A stretch of DNA of 64,000 nt from Cycas panzhihuaensis (lineage: Eukaryota; Plantae; Cycadophyta). The notes beneath the pieces were generated by a model. It searched no databases and was not told where the DNA came from. It worked only from the letters and a program-made list of their open reading frames with translations. Shown piece after piece: positions 27,380 through 43,735 of this stretch (position 1 is the first letter of the stretch; every line of letters starts with the position of its first letter). Location of the stretch: contig CM041465.1 in NCBI GenBank assembly GCA_023213395.1, positions 119,109,741 to 119,173,740 on the forward strand, given 5' to 3'. Both the position numbers and the translations under genes were made by a program.

Positions 27380-28777
27380 TGCATCTATTTATTTTTAAAA
27401 GGGTTTGTCTATATGAAAGACAAAGCTCTTCCCAAACAAGCAAGATCACGTTACAACAAAGAGGTACATCTCTTCTTTTTGGTATTTATTTCCCTTTGGT
27501 TCTTCCTTTCAAGTTTCTTGTTTCATAAAATGCTTCAGGGAAGGTAAGGAAGCCCCCACTCATGGCCATATTTGCAACATCCACCGCAATTTGGAATGTA
27601 AGGCCATGGGTGAATGGAATGCGAGAAGAAAGGTGTAGCACTTGACCAATCAGCATACTCCTTGGTGCACTCCCTCTAGCTCTTCTCTCTCTTTCTTCCT
27701 TTAGTCTTCCCCCCTTTTCTGAAAAGAAACTGCTTGTGTTTGCATGAAGATCGTAGCTTCATGCTTGCATATTTACATTTATGAAAAGGAAATATAAAAG
27801 GGGCATATGTATGCTTGCATCTTCATCTTTTGTTTTCCCCTTCCCATGCGAAAACGATAAGATCTTGCTTCCCTCCTATGTTCATATGACCATAAGAAAG
27901 TAGTTTGAATAAGTACGTTCCTTTATTTTCTTCCTTAGGAAAGAAAGTGAATAAACCAACAAAAGGACTTTCCTCTCCTTACTGGTTCTGCCTTACATTT
28001 TACATACCTACATGAGCATAAGGGTAAATTTAGTGTAATTTGGTTGGGAGTATCTTCTTTCTTGCATCCAAAGGAAAAGATTGCATAGATCATTTATGTT
28101 CTTTCTCTCTTTTACCCCCTTCCTTAAATCAATCTTCTTCCAATAAATGAAAAGAGAGTGAGAATAGGAGAGAGAGAGAGAGAATATTATTATTTGTTTA
28201 CGTTCTTTTCAAGACCAATATTTTGGTCCCTTTTAATCACTTCATCTCATAACCAAAATAGAGGACACCATCCAAACTCTTAACATAGTTGAGAAACCCT
28301 CATACTCAACTCAAACCCTAAAAGCATGCCCTTAAGGCAACCTCAAATATAATTTTCCAATAGTCTTACCTTTTAGATTTAGTTCCTATATGCACCAAAT
28401 CCCCTTCTCACCCCCAACCAACTGCTTCCTTTACCAATTTCTTAGGTTCCTACCTTATAAGGAACTATCCTTTCTCCTTGACCTCTTCTCCAAAAGAAGG
28501 TTTTTTTCCTCCTCCCTTTCACCATCAAGATAAGGGAGCTCTCTCTTAGGCTACTTGGTAAACCGAGGATGCCCTTACTCAAGTTAGATCCTAGAAGGTG
28601 CTCATCCAAAGGGAAGGTCTTATATGCTATTTGTAGGTCTTCAAACCTACATTTTGATGCATGGACACCCTTTGTAGGTGATCTATCCCTTTTCTTAGGA
28701 CCCTTAAGGCCTTGTTGTAGCTGTGATACCAGTTTAGGTGTCCTTGCCCTTAGTAACCCCTTAGAGGTGCACTTCTA
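25466..28777 (+). repeat. 5' LTR of element 4
   Basis: Colinear with 37396-40741 over its whole length. Confidence 0.93.
27295..27375. repeat. (TA)n(GA)n compound microsatellite in 5' LTR
   Basis: Read directly. Confidence 0.97.
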
Positions 28778-29029
28778 TTAGAAACCATACTCAAGAATTA
28801 CCAGTAAGGGAAACATTCTGATTTCCCTTGTGCTAGTAATGCCCTTCTCTTTTGGCATCTCTTTCTAGATTTGTTGGGCAACCCCCAACATCTTTACTCT
28901 GCTTTATCTTTGTCTCTTTTTACGTTCTAGGGGAACTTGAATGCAACAATTTTCTTGTTGTCTACGAGGTCTCCCTCCTATTTTGGAAGAAATCCCTTAT
29001 TCTCCCCTCCCCTTGCCTAATTCTAAATC

Positions 29030-31200
29030 AACCATGGAGGGATATTCCTTGGAATGAGCTTACCATGCCTATGTCTCTAAGACTCAACCACAACCCTCAA
29101 CTTCCTTTTAGGGTCCCACCTAAGAGGGTGATGACCCTATCTTTTATCTGGGCGACCAAGAACACCCAAGTTTCCTCTTTTGTTGACCCCTCAGCTCAAC
29201 CAAGGGGTCATCCCTTCATCGATTATAGGTTGACCCCTTTATTTATTGAGGCCCCAAGGACCAACTTACTACCTCATTCCCCTGAGGTGCCCAAATTCAA
29301 TGGAACCTCATCATAAGACCCAACCGAATATGCCAGGAGCTTCTCTATGGCATGTATCAATTATTAGGCTTATGATCACATTTTGATGAAATGTTTTCCA
29401 CATTTCTTGCAGGGAGATGCTCTTAAACGGTTCTATCACCTCCATACCCACTCTATCCATTCATTCTAGTAGCTCGTGGATGAGTTCGTCAACTATTTTA
29501 ATGTCACTCGTCCTTTCAAGAGTGGGATGAAGGCTTTACTCTTGCTTAAACAAGGTCACAAAGAAATAAATCGTGACTTTATGAGGCACTTTCACAACCT
29601 TCTTCACTCTACGAAGGCCGCATTGCCTAAAGAGTTGAAGAGAGATATCTTTATAAATGCCCTCTACCTTGGGGTATATGTTGAAGTCCTCAAAATGGGG
29701 GCAACAACATGTGACTCTTCCATAGCTAAATGCTTATCACTCAAAGCCATTGAGATCTAAGCAAGTCTCAAGAAACCTCTTAAACTGTCACAACGATGGG
29801 AGGCACCCCCTCTGTCACATGACCTAAAACCCTAACAACTTCAAAAGTCTACTACCCACTCAATGGAGAAGACTTTAGATCCTTTGACTTCTACTATACA
29901 TTCCTTTGAACATATGACGAAGGAGCTCAAGCTCTAGACTCCTTCTTCACCCCCAAATTCCCATGGACCTATCCATCAAGCCTCTCAAGTAGCACCTCTT
30001 AAGGATAGAAACGACCACTCCTCTCAAACTAGAAAGACTAAACCTTCCTTGGATAAGAAGTGGTATTCTGCCCATGGTGACTACTTCCATGAGGACTTGT
30101 AGTGTTAGGTGTAACATCCTAAACTTGGCCCACCTCATAATTCCTCTCCTAGACCAGCGTCTAAGCCTAATCTGGACTAGCCTATCCATAGGGATCCCTT
30201 CTCTAAACACGAGGAATAGGACCAACATACCTATAATAGGGGGAACTAAAATAGAGGATGATCTCCCAAACCTTACTCTACACAAGCAAAAGGAAAGGGG
30301 GCAAGAAGCTCTTCCTCACCTCCTGGTTCTTGCCATCAAACCTCTTCACCCTCTCAATCTTACAATAAGGGAAAGAGAGTTATCCAAATGCTTAAGATGA
30401 CCCCTTTATACATCATCACCAGGTCTCAAGTAGCTCAAGAGGCCATAGGGGCTTCCTCCTCCTCCTAGCCTAATTTCTCCATAGATAACCTGCCTTCTAA
30501 AATTCTTCTACTCCCCAAGACTATTCATGTCTACTCATGACATTATGATTTCTGAAGGGCACTTCCCCAACATATTGGAAAGGGGAAGTCCTTCTTAATT
30601 CTTGATGAGCTCCACTCTATGTTTTCCAGAATGTCCATGATGGACGTCTTGAAAATTTGACCTAAGTAATACACTTTTCTTCTTAAAGATCTTGGCCAAC
30701 AAGATGCTCTTGTCCATGCTGTAGGCACCACCTCCCATGGACCACCTATCATCTCATTCAATCCTTGAGATCGCCCTCTTCCCAGTGAGTGAGAAAATCT
30801 TTTGCATTACCTATTCATCATTTTTATTGACACTCCTGATTTTATCATAAGGGGGATCATCATAGATAATGGGTCCTCAGTTAATGCTATGCATGTATGC
30901 ATGCTTAAGGAGTTAGGCATTGTGGCTTTTGATTCTATCCCTTGGAAATGCTAAGGATATGATAAAACTGAGAAGTCTCCCTTTCACTTACCTTAGGAGG
31001 GAAGACCATTTCTGTAGATGTTGTTATACTCAATATTAATGTAGAGTACAACCTCATGTTGGGCTGACCATGGCTTGACCATATGGGAGCAATTTGCTCC
31101 TCACTATGGGGGTAACTCATGTTTGTCCATGAAAGACAAAATAAAGTTGTCACCTATGAGCCTTTATTGTCTCACATTTATCATCCATCTTGCGAGGCTA
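29030..31200 (+). pseudogene. Element 4 gag and aspartic protease
   Basis: PEVPKFNGTSS*DPTEYARSF...FPHFLQGDALKRFYHL...SIHSF**LVDEFVNYF (retrotransposon gag); RGIIIDNGSSVNAM...LKELGI and YNLMLG*PWLDHMGAICSSL (Tat/Ogre-type protease). Confidence 0.85.
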
Positions 31201-33106
31201 TCTTCAATGATGAAGATAACGATTCTAAGGAGGTTATGCCTTCCATAGGGCCCATTTTTCAAGAGACCAACCTTCATCAAATAGAACTCATAACTCATAA
31301 TGAACCAAACCTAGTTAGGTTTTCCCTTATTGGTGTAGGTAGCTATGGTTACCTAGCCCTCATAGGTGATTTCGAGTCAAATAGTGAGGGCCATGATCCC
31401 CCTCCTCGGCATGTCACCCTGGTTTTATGCACACCTAAGGAGATATCCCAATCAGATATCCCCTTTTCTCTTTATTATACATTAGCTCCCGAGCCACTGG
31501 TTCTAAACTATCCATTTCTTTTATCTTTTTTCCCTTCCTAAGCAACTTCATGTACACATCTGCGTTAGTGATCTGATTGTAGAGGTGCTTCTTCTTCACA
31601 CTCTAGATCCTCATTGAGGACTAAAGCCCATCCAATCTAGATGCAACCTCACCATGTGATCTATCGCACGTCAAGTCCATAACATCTATCTAGTTCCTAC
31701 CAAATCTATTTTACCTATAGGCTTACCCACATAAGGCCTACCCTTCATCATCCACCTCCATGCCTGGGGTGATTCTTTCTACTTCTGAGCAGAATAACCA
31801 CCTCTCTCTTGCTCTAAAATGAGCCTAAACTACCACTCTAAGCTTATCATTACTCTTCTTAGTCAAAGGTGTAACGATCATTTAGAGTGGCCTTCCATCC
31901 TTTGGATTTTATTATTAGTATCACATCTTTTTATCTCTTTCTTGAGGGAGATCTTCTCTTTTTTCCTAATTGGGTAAGTAAACCTCCTTCACTTCTAAGC
32001 ATGGAGTCACTTCCTAATCAAGGTCCCTTTGTTTGGGGTACTTGTACCTCTAGTTGTCACTTCCTTTATATATCTATCATGCTCCCTCTAAGGAGCATGC
32101 GTGATGCTCTCCCTAGTCTCATACGTAACCATCATTGATATACATGGTGATCATGTGTGCCTAGTAGGAGTGAGGCATTGCATGAAAGGAAACGCGAGTA
32201 TCATCCACATATAATTCAATAGAAAAACCATAACATAGCAATCAAATTAAAACTATCTAAATGTATAACTACTTATGCATTCATGCACCTATATCCATAT
32301 GTATATGCTCGTCTCTCTATGCATCATACAAATAAATATACCACATAATAAGCAAAAACATAATAACAGCAACATCATACATAAAAATAGGATACCAATA
32401 GGCCCTATATATATATATATATATATATAATCATATGGTACATCATCTAGGTAATACATCCTAGGAAGCAAGAATCCTTACAAGGAGGAGTACAATCATA
32501 TATCTGCATGTGGTGAAACTCCCTAGAGGTCTAAGGCTTTCCCATCAAAATACATAATATATATAAATCTCCTGCATGTTGTATCCTTAGGGGGTGTCTT
32601 CCCCTCATCCACTAGGTCCCTTGTTGGGGGACCACATCCCTCTTAGGCTCCTCTGAAATCTTTGAGAGATCCCTACCTCACTCTCCTTGTCTCTGTGCCT
32701 TCATTAGGCCAGTGTCATCGTGTAAGTCTTGCTATATAATGACCTAGCAGCAATCTAGTCAACTGGTTAGTTGTACCTAGTTTAGATGTGATCCCTCTCC
32801 TTCTCAACCCTATGGAGTCTTTCCTCTAGCATGGTGACATGGATCTAACTCCCAGTGTCACCTCTTGCTCCTCCTAGTTGGGCCTCCATCCCTCATATTT
32901 GGCCCTGCAGGGCATCTCTCTCTTCCACCAACTACTCTCTCTCTGCCTATAAACCATCATGGGCACCCTACAGCTAACTAACCCTCATATGAATCTCTTC
33001 AGACTCCAACCCCCCATATGTCTCTAGCCTGGATCAATGGGGCAATGCTACTATGTGTGGCCTCTCCGATCAAGGCTCCTCACTCACTAGAATAGGAGGT
33101 TGTCCC

Positions 33107-33751
33107 TATTGGATATTGTGATAACAATCATTTTAGGCTAAAATTTTAGCATATTTTCGATGCAGATTCCCCCCCTAATCTTTCTCGGGGGGTTCTAAGG
33201 GGGGCAGGAGCTCCCCTTGGCCAGGGGGTGCAGGGGGCGTCGAACACCCCCTGCTAAGAGGGGATTCAAGGGCGATAGCCCCTGACCCAAAAAATTAGCC
33301 CTATAAACCTTATTAAAATGTAAAGAGAATCAAGGTCATTCAATACAAATACCCTAGATTCTATAGTTGAGATTCATGCCTTAGATGTCCCTCTCATATA
33401 ACTCGTTTTAGGGCTTTTCTTATTATATTGTATGTAATGTAATGTACTATGATAAGGGCAGTGGCTAGTTGTTGTTCTTGAGAGTACTCTGCTACTAAGA
33501 TATATTGTTTCTCCATTCTACAACAATAAAGATTGATACCTTTCCTGTGTGGACGTTTCCCTAGTACACTGCTAGGGTTTTACCATGTTATATCAGGTGC
33601 ATATGTGATGTTTAGCTTATATATTGATGTTATTTCATTATCTCTTATTTTAAAATTTGCATGTTAAATCTTAGTTTCGATTCCTGTAACTAGTTGTAAA
33701 ATACTTTAGATCTTGTGGCGGTTTAAGGTTTGGGACCTTGTATTCTCAATA
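33107..33751 (+). mobile_element. Solo LTR of the element-1 Copia family, inserted in element 4
   Basis: Reverse complement of 6201-6844; TSD GTCCC (33102-33106, 33752-33756); termini decayed from TG..CA to TA..TA. Confidence 0.95.
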
Positions 33752-33857
33752 GTCCCTCTATATAGACCTGGGGGAATAACTCTCAGACTACTGCCTCTAG
33801 CAGCCTCACCATCTTGGCACCTCCTACCTAGCCATATATATCGTATATCAGTCTAAA

Positions 33858-33858
<1 letters not shown>

Positions 33859-33916
<58 letters not shown>
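33859..33916. repeat. (TA)n microsatellite
   Basis: Read directly. Confidence 0.97.
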
Positions 33917-33918
<2 letters not shown>

Positions 33919-33989
33919 CATCAAGATATTAATATAATCATCTAAAGAAGGAGTGGATGATCAAACAAAAGATGGAATCAAGGTAGAGT

Positions 33990-35220
33990 CTCGCCTCTTA
34001 AGATGATTGGCTCCTCTACCTAGATTATCTCCTCCTCCACTGTGGCTCCCTCTTCCACTACCTCTACCTCCTTGACCCCCAGCACTACCTCCTCACCGCC
34101 TCAGTGTCGGTAGGGTGTCTCCTCCCTCTAATCTCTCCTCTTATGGGATCCCTCGATCTGTTATAGCTATTATTGCCTCTACCACTACCACCATGGCTAC
34201 AATTGCTACTGAAAATCTACCTACAACTCCCTCTCTTCCTATCAGTCCTGGTGGTCCTACCTCACCTCTTACTGGTGCTGGTGGTCCTACCTCATCTCCT
34301 ATTGACCCAAATGGCCCTGCTCCATCTCCACCATCATCATCACCTCCCTCATTAGGCTAATCTCCTAGCTCTCCTCCCTCATCATCACTCTCCCAATGGA
34401 TCACTCAATAAGGGTCTATTATATAGTCTTTGAAGGTAAGGAGATCTAATAATGTGGCTGCCACAGATCACCTCATGTGTACTTAGTCCTCAGTACCTAT
34501 AAATTTGGTCTACCATCTATGAACCATCAGGGCCCTAGTTGATATGGGATGAGATCCTCATGGTGTTTCCACTACCCTAAAGTGATCGAAGAACTAGCAC
34601 TAGAGCAGTGTACAATATGAAAACCCTCCTCTCCCTACTACTTAGATCTGGTCTAGTTGAGCTACTAAGTTAGTTGCCATCAATGTAACCTAATCAAAGC
34701 TCTCCCTAGCCTTGCACCACTTGATCATTGCTATCTAGCCTCTAAGAACGTCTTTGTAGTTCTATTTTTAGGATATCTAAAATAGAATAGCTAGTGTGAT
34801 GAGTTTCCTCACATGAGGAAATCTCGAGAGTACCATAGCCTGAATTGATACTCCTCACCAATTCCATAGCCTCCTCCCTATAAAGAACTTCACTGCCTCC
34901 TTGTGAGTAGCATCAGTACTAGGTAAAGTTCCCAAAGAAGCTAGCATACCTCTAGTTGGCACTCCCAAGATCCTCTTAATATCCCCTAGTGTGATAGCGA
35001 CATCCTCCACCTGCAAGAGATGGAACATGTGCATCCCTTCTCCTATACCTATGGGATACTATATATACCAATAGCCACTAGTCTAATGAATATTATATGG
35101 TCTTTATCACCTTCAAGAGCCTACAACATCATAGAGTAGTCCTCTCCTATCTCGTCATCATTTTGATAAAGCTCATCATCACCATCCCTATGTTCTCATA
35201 GTTGTCAACCACAAAAATAG
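33990..35220 (-). pseudogene. Antisense plant mobile domain (PMD, MAIN/MAIL-like) ORF remnant with acidic Gly/Pro-rich tail
   Basis: Minus strand 35040-34950 reads EGMHMFHLLQVEDVAITLGDIKRILGVPTRG (compare PMD motif ETHTFHLPxGExTITLEDVxxLLGLPxxG); IQAMVLSRFP near 34850 (compare LQxWxWERFP); tail EGGDDDGGDGAGPFGSIGDEVGPPAPVRGEVGPPG. Confidence 0.72.
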
Positions 35221-36441
35221 CCTACAAACACTAAGCTAACAGTCAAAAAACTATCTATGCCTCAATGCCATATGTCATCCCCCCTTTAGATGGTTGGAGC
35301 TCCTTCAAACTGGGTAGATCCATCCAATCTAGTTAGCTTTTTTCTTTTTTCCTTTAGTTAGTCTCTATCCTATGTCAATATCTGTGGTACTGTAGATATT
35401 GATGTGGGCCCTACTGAGATTTTCTGGACTCTTAGCAGGCCCCACCATAAACTTCATAGCACTGCGATAAACACCATAGGACCATGGGTACCCCCCCTAA
35501 AAATGGGAGAAGTGCCTTTAAAAATCCAAAAAAATTTCTTGACTGGTCCTTACTTAGTCCACTAGGACTAGGGTTGCCTAATGCCCTAGTTCTCCCCCTC
35601 CCTGGGCTTCTGATGAGCTCCAGGGGGTCCCTGTGGCCCTTATAGGCCCCAAAATTTACAAAAATGAAGACATCAAATTAAAGTGATGAAATGGAAATGA
35701 TAGGGTATGATCCACCCACTGGATTTGATCTGATGGTTATCATCTTATCGTCTTGGTCCTTCCTAATGGCTATCCTCCCACTCTGATCCAATGGTCAGAT
35801 CTCCTAGTATATGCTCTCATAGGGTGACGTAACCTCACTACTTAAAGAGGAGGACTCTAGATCTCTTAAGGGGCCTACGAAAATGAAACTTATTTTTTCC
35901 CTTTCTCCCCTTTTTATTCATGGAGCCTCCTGAAGTGCCATCTCTATTTTCTTCAGTGAGACAACCCTCAGGATCAGTTTATTGTCCCTTTCTTCTTTGC
36001 CTTTAAGGCCTGGCCCTTATTCTACTCCTACAACTCCCTTTTTACCTCTTTTTGATGCATTTATGAAGAACCCCTCCATCTCCTTAGAGGTCCTTCCATC
36101 TCATTTTTCACACTGCTATGAAACATGATCATATCTATACTCCTTTAGCTTATTTTGGTGTCTTGGATCCACTTTTGCCATCTATTTAAGACCTTGAGGC
36201 TCCCAGGGAGAGTCCCTCCTCCCTTCTAGGCCTTTATTGGCCCTTCCATTATCCCAAGAGGCACTAAAAGAGCATATTTACTAACCTTTCTCAACCTTCC
36301 ACTAGGCAAGCCTTCCCCAATCCTAGTAGACTATCTCTAGAGCTCTCCTATCCTCTCATGACTAATATATATATCTTTTTTGAGATGTTGTAGCCCTGTC
36401 GCTACCTTTTCCTCTACCTTGACACTACTGTCACCATCTAT

Positions 36442-36897
36442 TTGGTAATCCAATTTAAACTCCCATTTCTCACTATGGTGCTGCTCATTTTCACTGATAG
36501 AGGAAGTCGTGGTTATCCCAAATCTTTTGCAGCTACATGGATAATTTGCAATCCCTCTGAAAATGACTACATGCATTCTAGAATCTATTTATCTGAGGTT
36601 GTGAATAATGAGGCTAAATACATACTTGTTATTAAAGCCCTTATTAATGCATTATACTTTTACTATGGTCCTATCATCCTCTATTATGACTCTCAAATTG
36701 TCGTATCGCAACTAACCCACATCTACTAGGTGTGTTGCCCATGATTGAGAGCTCTTATGTTAACTGCCAAGTCCCTACTATCCCTCTTTACCTTCGTAGA
36801 TTTCCAATACATTCCATGAGATTTGAACACTGAGGCAGATGGCCTTGTTCGCCACATCCTCAAGTATTGTCTCCCTCTCTTGGACAGTCCCTCCTAG
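36442..36897 (+). pseudogene. Stand-alone archaeal-type RNase H (aRH / RNase HI-like) ORF near the 3' LTR of element 4
   Basis: FTDRGSRGYP...NNEAKY...DSQIVVSQL...Y*V...FQYIP*DLNTEADGL matches the DGxSRGNPG / NNxAEY / DSxLV / HxPRxxNxxADxL pattern. Confidence 0.85.
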
Positions 36898-37395
36898 GTA
36901 ACCAAACAAGTTGGCTAGCCACTCAGACTTCTAGATCATCCTTCCTTCTCCATTGTAACTACCCTTGCACCTCCAAAAGTAGGCCACTAATGAGATTAAA
37001 CTATGGTGACCGCTAGGTTTGATTCTTTGCTCTATCTCTATACCATTTGTGGCACGATGCTCCTACACATTAACCCTCTATATGTACAGATTCATGGTTT
37101 ATATTCACTTACTGATTGTGCTTGTAACCTTGTATAACACTTATATTACACACAAGGGTGATAGGAACAATCCTCCCATCCCCTTATTCTTTCATGCTAC
37201 ACTCTTGGGTTACGTATGGGCAACCCCCATGTTGCTCCATTTCTTTCCTCGTCCATGTGATCCATCATGACATTCACCGCTCCCCTTGGATGATGACACA
37301 CTTGTATTAGTAGACAATACTGACTCTTTTGTATTGACGGCATTTGCCATTGCTAGATGCTCCCAAGCAATGAGACTCTGCAGCCAAGGGGGTAG

Positions 37396-40741
<3,346 letters not shown>

Positions 40742-40746
40742 AGATC

Positions 40747-42610
40747 CACAAGGGAAGAAAATTATGATTAGTCGAGATGTAAAATTTAATGAGTCATTGA
40801 CATATCATATTAACAAATCATTAGAGAAGACTTTTTACCCCTTCCCCCTTCTCCAATTGCCAGATTCATCAAGCGAAGAGGACGATGAGCTAGTCACTAG
40901 AACACCTAAGGAAATAGGACCAAATAGGATGAGTAATAGTGAGGAGCCATCATAAGATGAAGTACCTCTGACAATGAGTCTTTCAATACCTTTATGGGTA
41001 AAGGAAGACTATTAAAGATTCTATTATGGCGATGCATACCTTGACTGTTGATAAAAGAACAAGAAGTTAGCATGATAGTTAAACTCTACTTATAGATACC
41101 AATGGCTCTAGTAATCCTAATTCATTTGATGAAGCAAAAGGAGATCCATGTTGGAGAGCTACGATGGAGGAGGAGTATTATTCTCTACTAAAGAATAATA
41201 TGTAGGATTTGGTTCCACTCTCTCCAATGAAGAAGCTTGTTAGATGCAAGTGGGTCTATAAGATAAAGTTCTGCTATGATAGAGAGGTGGACAAGTACAA
41301 GGCTAGACTTATCACTTAAGGATTTAAGCAAAAAGAAGGAATTTACTATAAGGAGACATTTACACTAGTCTCTAAAATTACAATAGTTTGATTACTCATT
41401 TCCTTAGTAGCTACTTATAGTTGGGAGTTACACCAGATGGTTGTCAAGTTTGCATTCCTTAATGGAAATCTAAATGAGGAGATATATATATCACAGCCTT
41501 TAAGATTCATTAAGGATAACCAAGAGCATCTTGTTTACCATTTGAAGAAGTCAATCTATGGCCTGAAATAAGCACCGTATGCTTAGTATGAAAAGATGGA
41601 TGCTAAGTTGAAAGCTGAAGGTTTCAAGATTTTAGAATTTGACCCAAACTTGTATGTGAAGAGAATAGGGACTTCAATAGTTACTTGCGTGATGTATATA
41701 GATGATTTGATCATTGACGATAATTGTGGTAAGGCTATTACTAAAGTCAAATCCAATATGGGAGCTTCATTTGACATGACAGACCTTGGGAGACTTCACT
41801 ACTTCTCGGGCATTCAGATCAGGCAGATGGATGATAGGATCATATAATATAATCATAGTATATAAAGAACTTGTTGGAGAAACTTCAAATGCATAATTAT
41901 AAACTAGTTATAACACCATACGTAAAAGGCGTAAAGTTGCAAAAGGATATGGCCAATCCCTTTATAGATGGCACGAAGTATCGCTAGTTAGTAGGGAATC
42001 TGGTCTATTTGACTCATACTAGGCTAGATATCACATACATTATTGGACTAGTTTCCTACTATATACAGAATCCTTAGGAGCCTTATTTAGTTACAGTGAA
42101 GTAGATTCTAAAATATTTGAAGGGGACAATCAAGTTGAGGTGAAGACATAAGGTTACACGGCTAGACATATGCTGATTGGGGAGGAGACTCTAATGATAA
42201 AAAATCCATTGATGGATACCTATTTGGTGTTGGTAATGGTTTTGTTTTATGGTAGTCAAAGAAGTAGTAGATAGTGGAACTATCTTCTATAAAGGTTGAA
42301 TATCAAGGACTCAGTACTGGTGTGAAGGAATCCATATGGTTACAAGGTCTTTTGGAGTTTCCAATGGATATCTAATTATCTTTATTCATAATCTGAGTAA
42401 TATTTGCCTATTAAAGAATCTATAGTTTCATGTAGCTATGAATCATATCAAGATTTAATACCATTACATTTGTAAATAGATCAAGTTAGGGAAGTTACAA
42501 GTCGACTATTGTCTAAGTAAATTCTAGATGACAGATGTGTTTAACAAGCCACTCACTGAAGATCAATTCATAAAGATGTGTACCAAACTAGGACTCACCA
42601 ATGTTATCCT
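40747..42610 (+). pseudogene. Element 3 INT tail, RT and RNase H (resumes after nested element 4)
   Basis: PQGKKIMISRDVKFNE continues KAYRLWD; CKWVYKIK, KYKARL, AFLNGNLNEEIY, MYIDDLI, ADWGGD, DVFNKPL. Confidence 0.92.
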
Positions 42611-43073
42611 TGAGGGAATGTATCAAAAGGATAAAGAAGCTATAGGATAGTCCTAACCTTTGTGATAACATAACTATAGTAGTTGGTGCTCCCCACATTC
42701 ACATTTAAGGATGCTAATATGGAAATTATTTATTAATCCACTAAGTTAATGTTAATATGATTTAACTAAGGTGATTAAGTGAAAAGGTGTAAGTTATTTA
42801 GAGGGTCAAAACCCTAATTGGGTGAAACCTCTTAGAAGAATATAAAAGCCTTGATCCCTTGTGTATTCAATGTATTGAATCAATTATGCAATAATTAATG
42901 TAATCCATCAAGGACCCTTTTGTGGTGGGTTTCTTCCCAAAAGGGTTTTTCCACGTAAATCATGTGTACTGTGCATCTATTTTCTGCATGTACTCTTATT
43001 TTCTTGCTATGTATGATTAAAGATTCTATGGATGGGAATATTTATATATGATTTTATGTTCTCGAATAGTACC

Positions 43074-43735
43074 GATAATTGGTTGGGAGTTTAATCTACT
43101 TCACTCATACTCGATCGAATATCTCATATGTAGTTGGGATTTGTTCCAAGTATATGTCATAGCCTAAGGTATCACATTGGAAAGCTATTACTAAAATACT
43201 TAAATATATCCATGACACACTTTAACTTGGCCTTTATTACAACTAAGTTGATAATCTTATCCTAAAGGGACATATAAATGCTAATTGGATTAGTTTCTAA
43301 GACTCACGCCGTTCCATATTAGAGTACTACTTCAACATGAATTTAACTATGATCTCTTTGAGCTATAAGAAATAACCAAATATTGCTCTCTCCTCTATAG
43401 AAGCTAGATACAAAGCATCTATTCATACCACTACTAAAGTGATTTAGCTACGTAAGATTCTTATGGAACTTGAACTTGAATAGGCACAAACCACTACTCT
43501 CTTTATAGTGACTAGAGCATTTTAAAGATGACCAAGAATCATATCTTACATGCAAGAATCAAACACGTAGAGGTCCATCATCACTTCGTTTATAAGCATG
43601 TATAAAATAGAGAAGTTAACTTAGTATATTAATTAATCAAGTAGTAAGTGATAGATATCTTCACTAAAGCACTTATGAGACCAAAGTTTGAAAGGTTTTG
43701 ATACAACCTTAGCATTAAGACAAACAAAGTTGATG
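43074..43735 (+). pseudogene. Element 2 RT C-terminus and RNase H (resumes after nested element 3)
   Basis: R*LVGSLIYFTHTRSNISYVVG continues the frame broken at 21624; IALSSIEA, RIKHVEVHHHFV, DIFTKAL. Confidence 0.9.

Noticed and set aside
34115-34360. Plus-strand Pro/Ser/Thr-rich ORF resembling an extensin or AGP
   Set aside because: No signal peptide or ATG; best explained as the antisense shadow of the Gly/Glu-rich tail of the minus-strand PMD ORF.
36442-36897. RNase HI-like ORF as a recent prokaryotic horizontal transfer
   Set aside because: Archaeal-type RNase H is a known component of plant Tat retrotransposons, and this copy is inside one and decayed like its surroundings.
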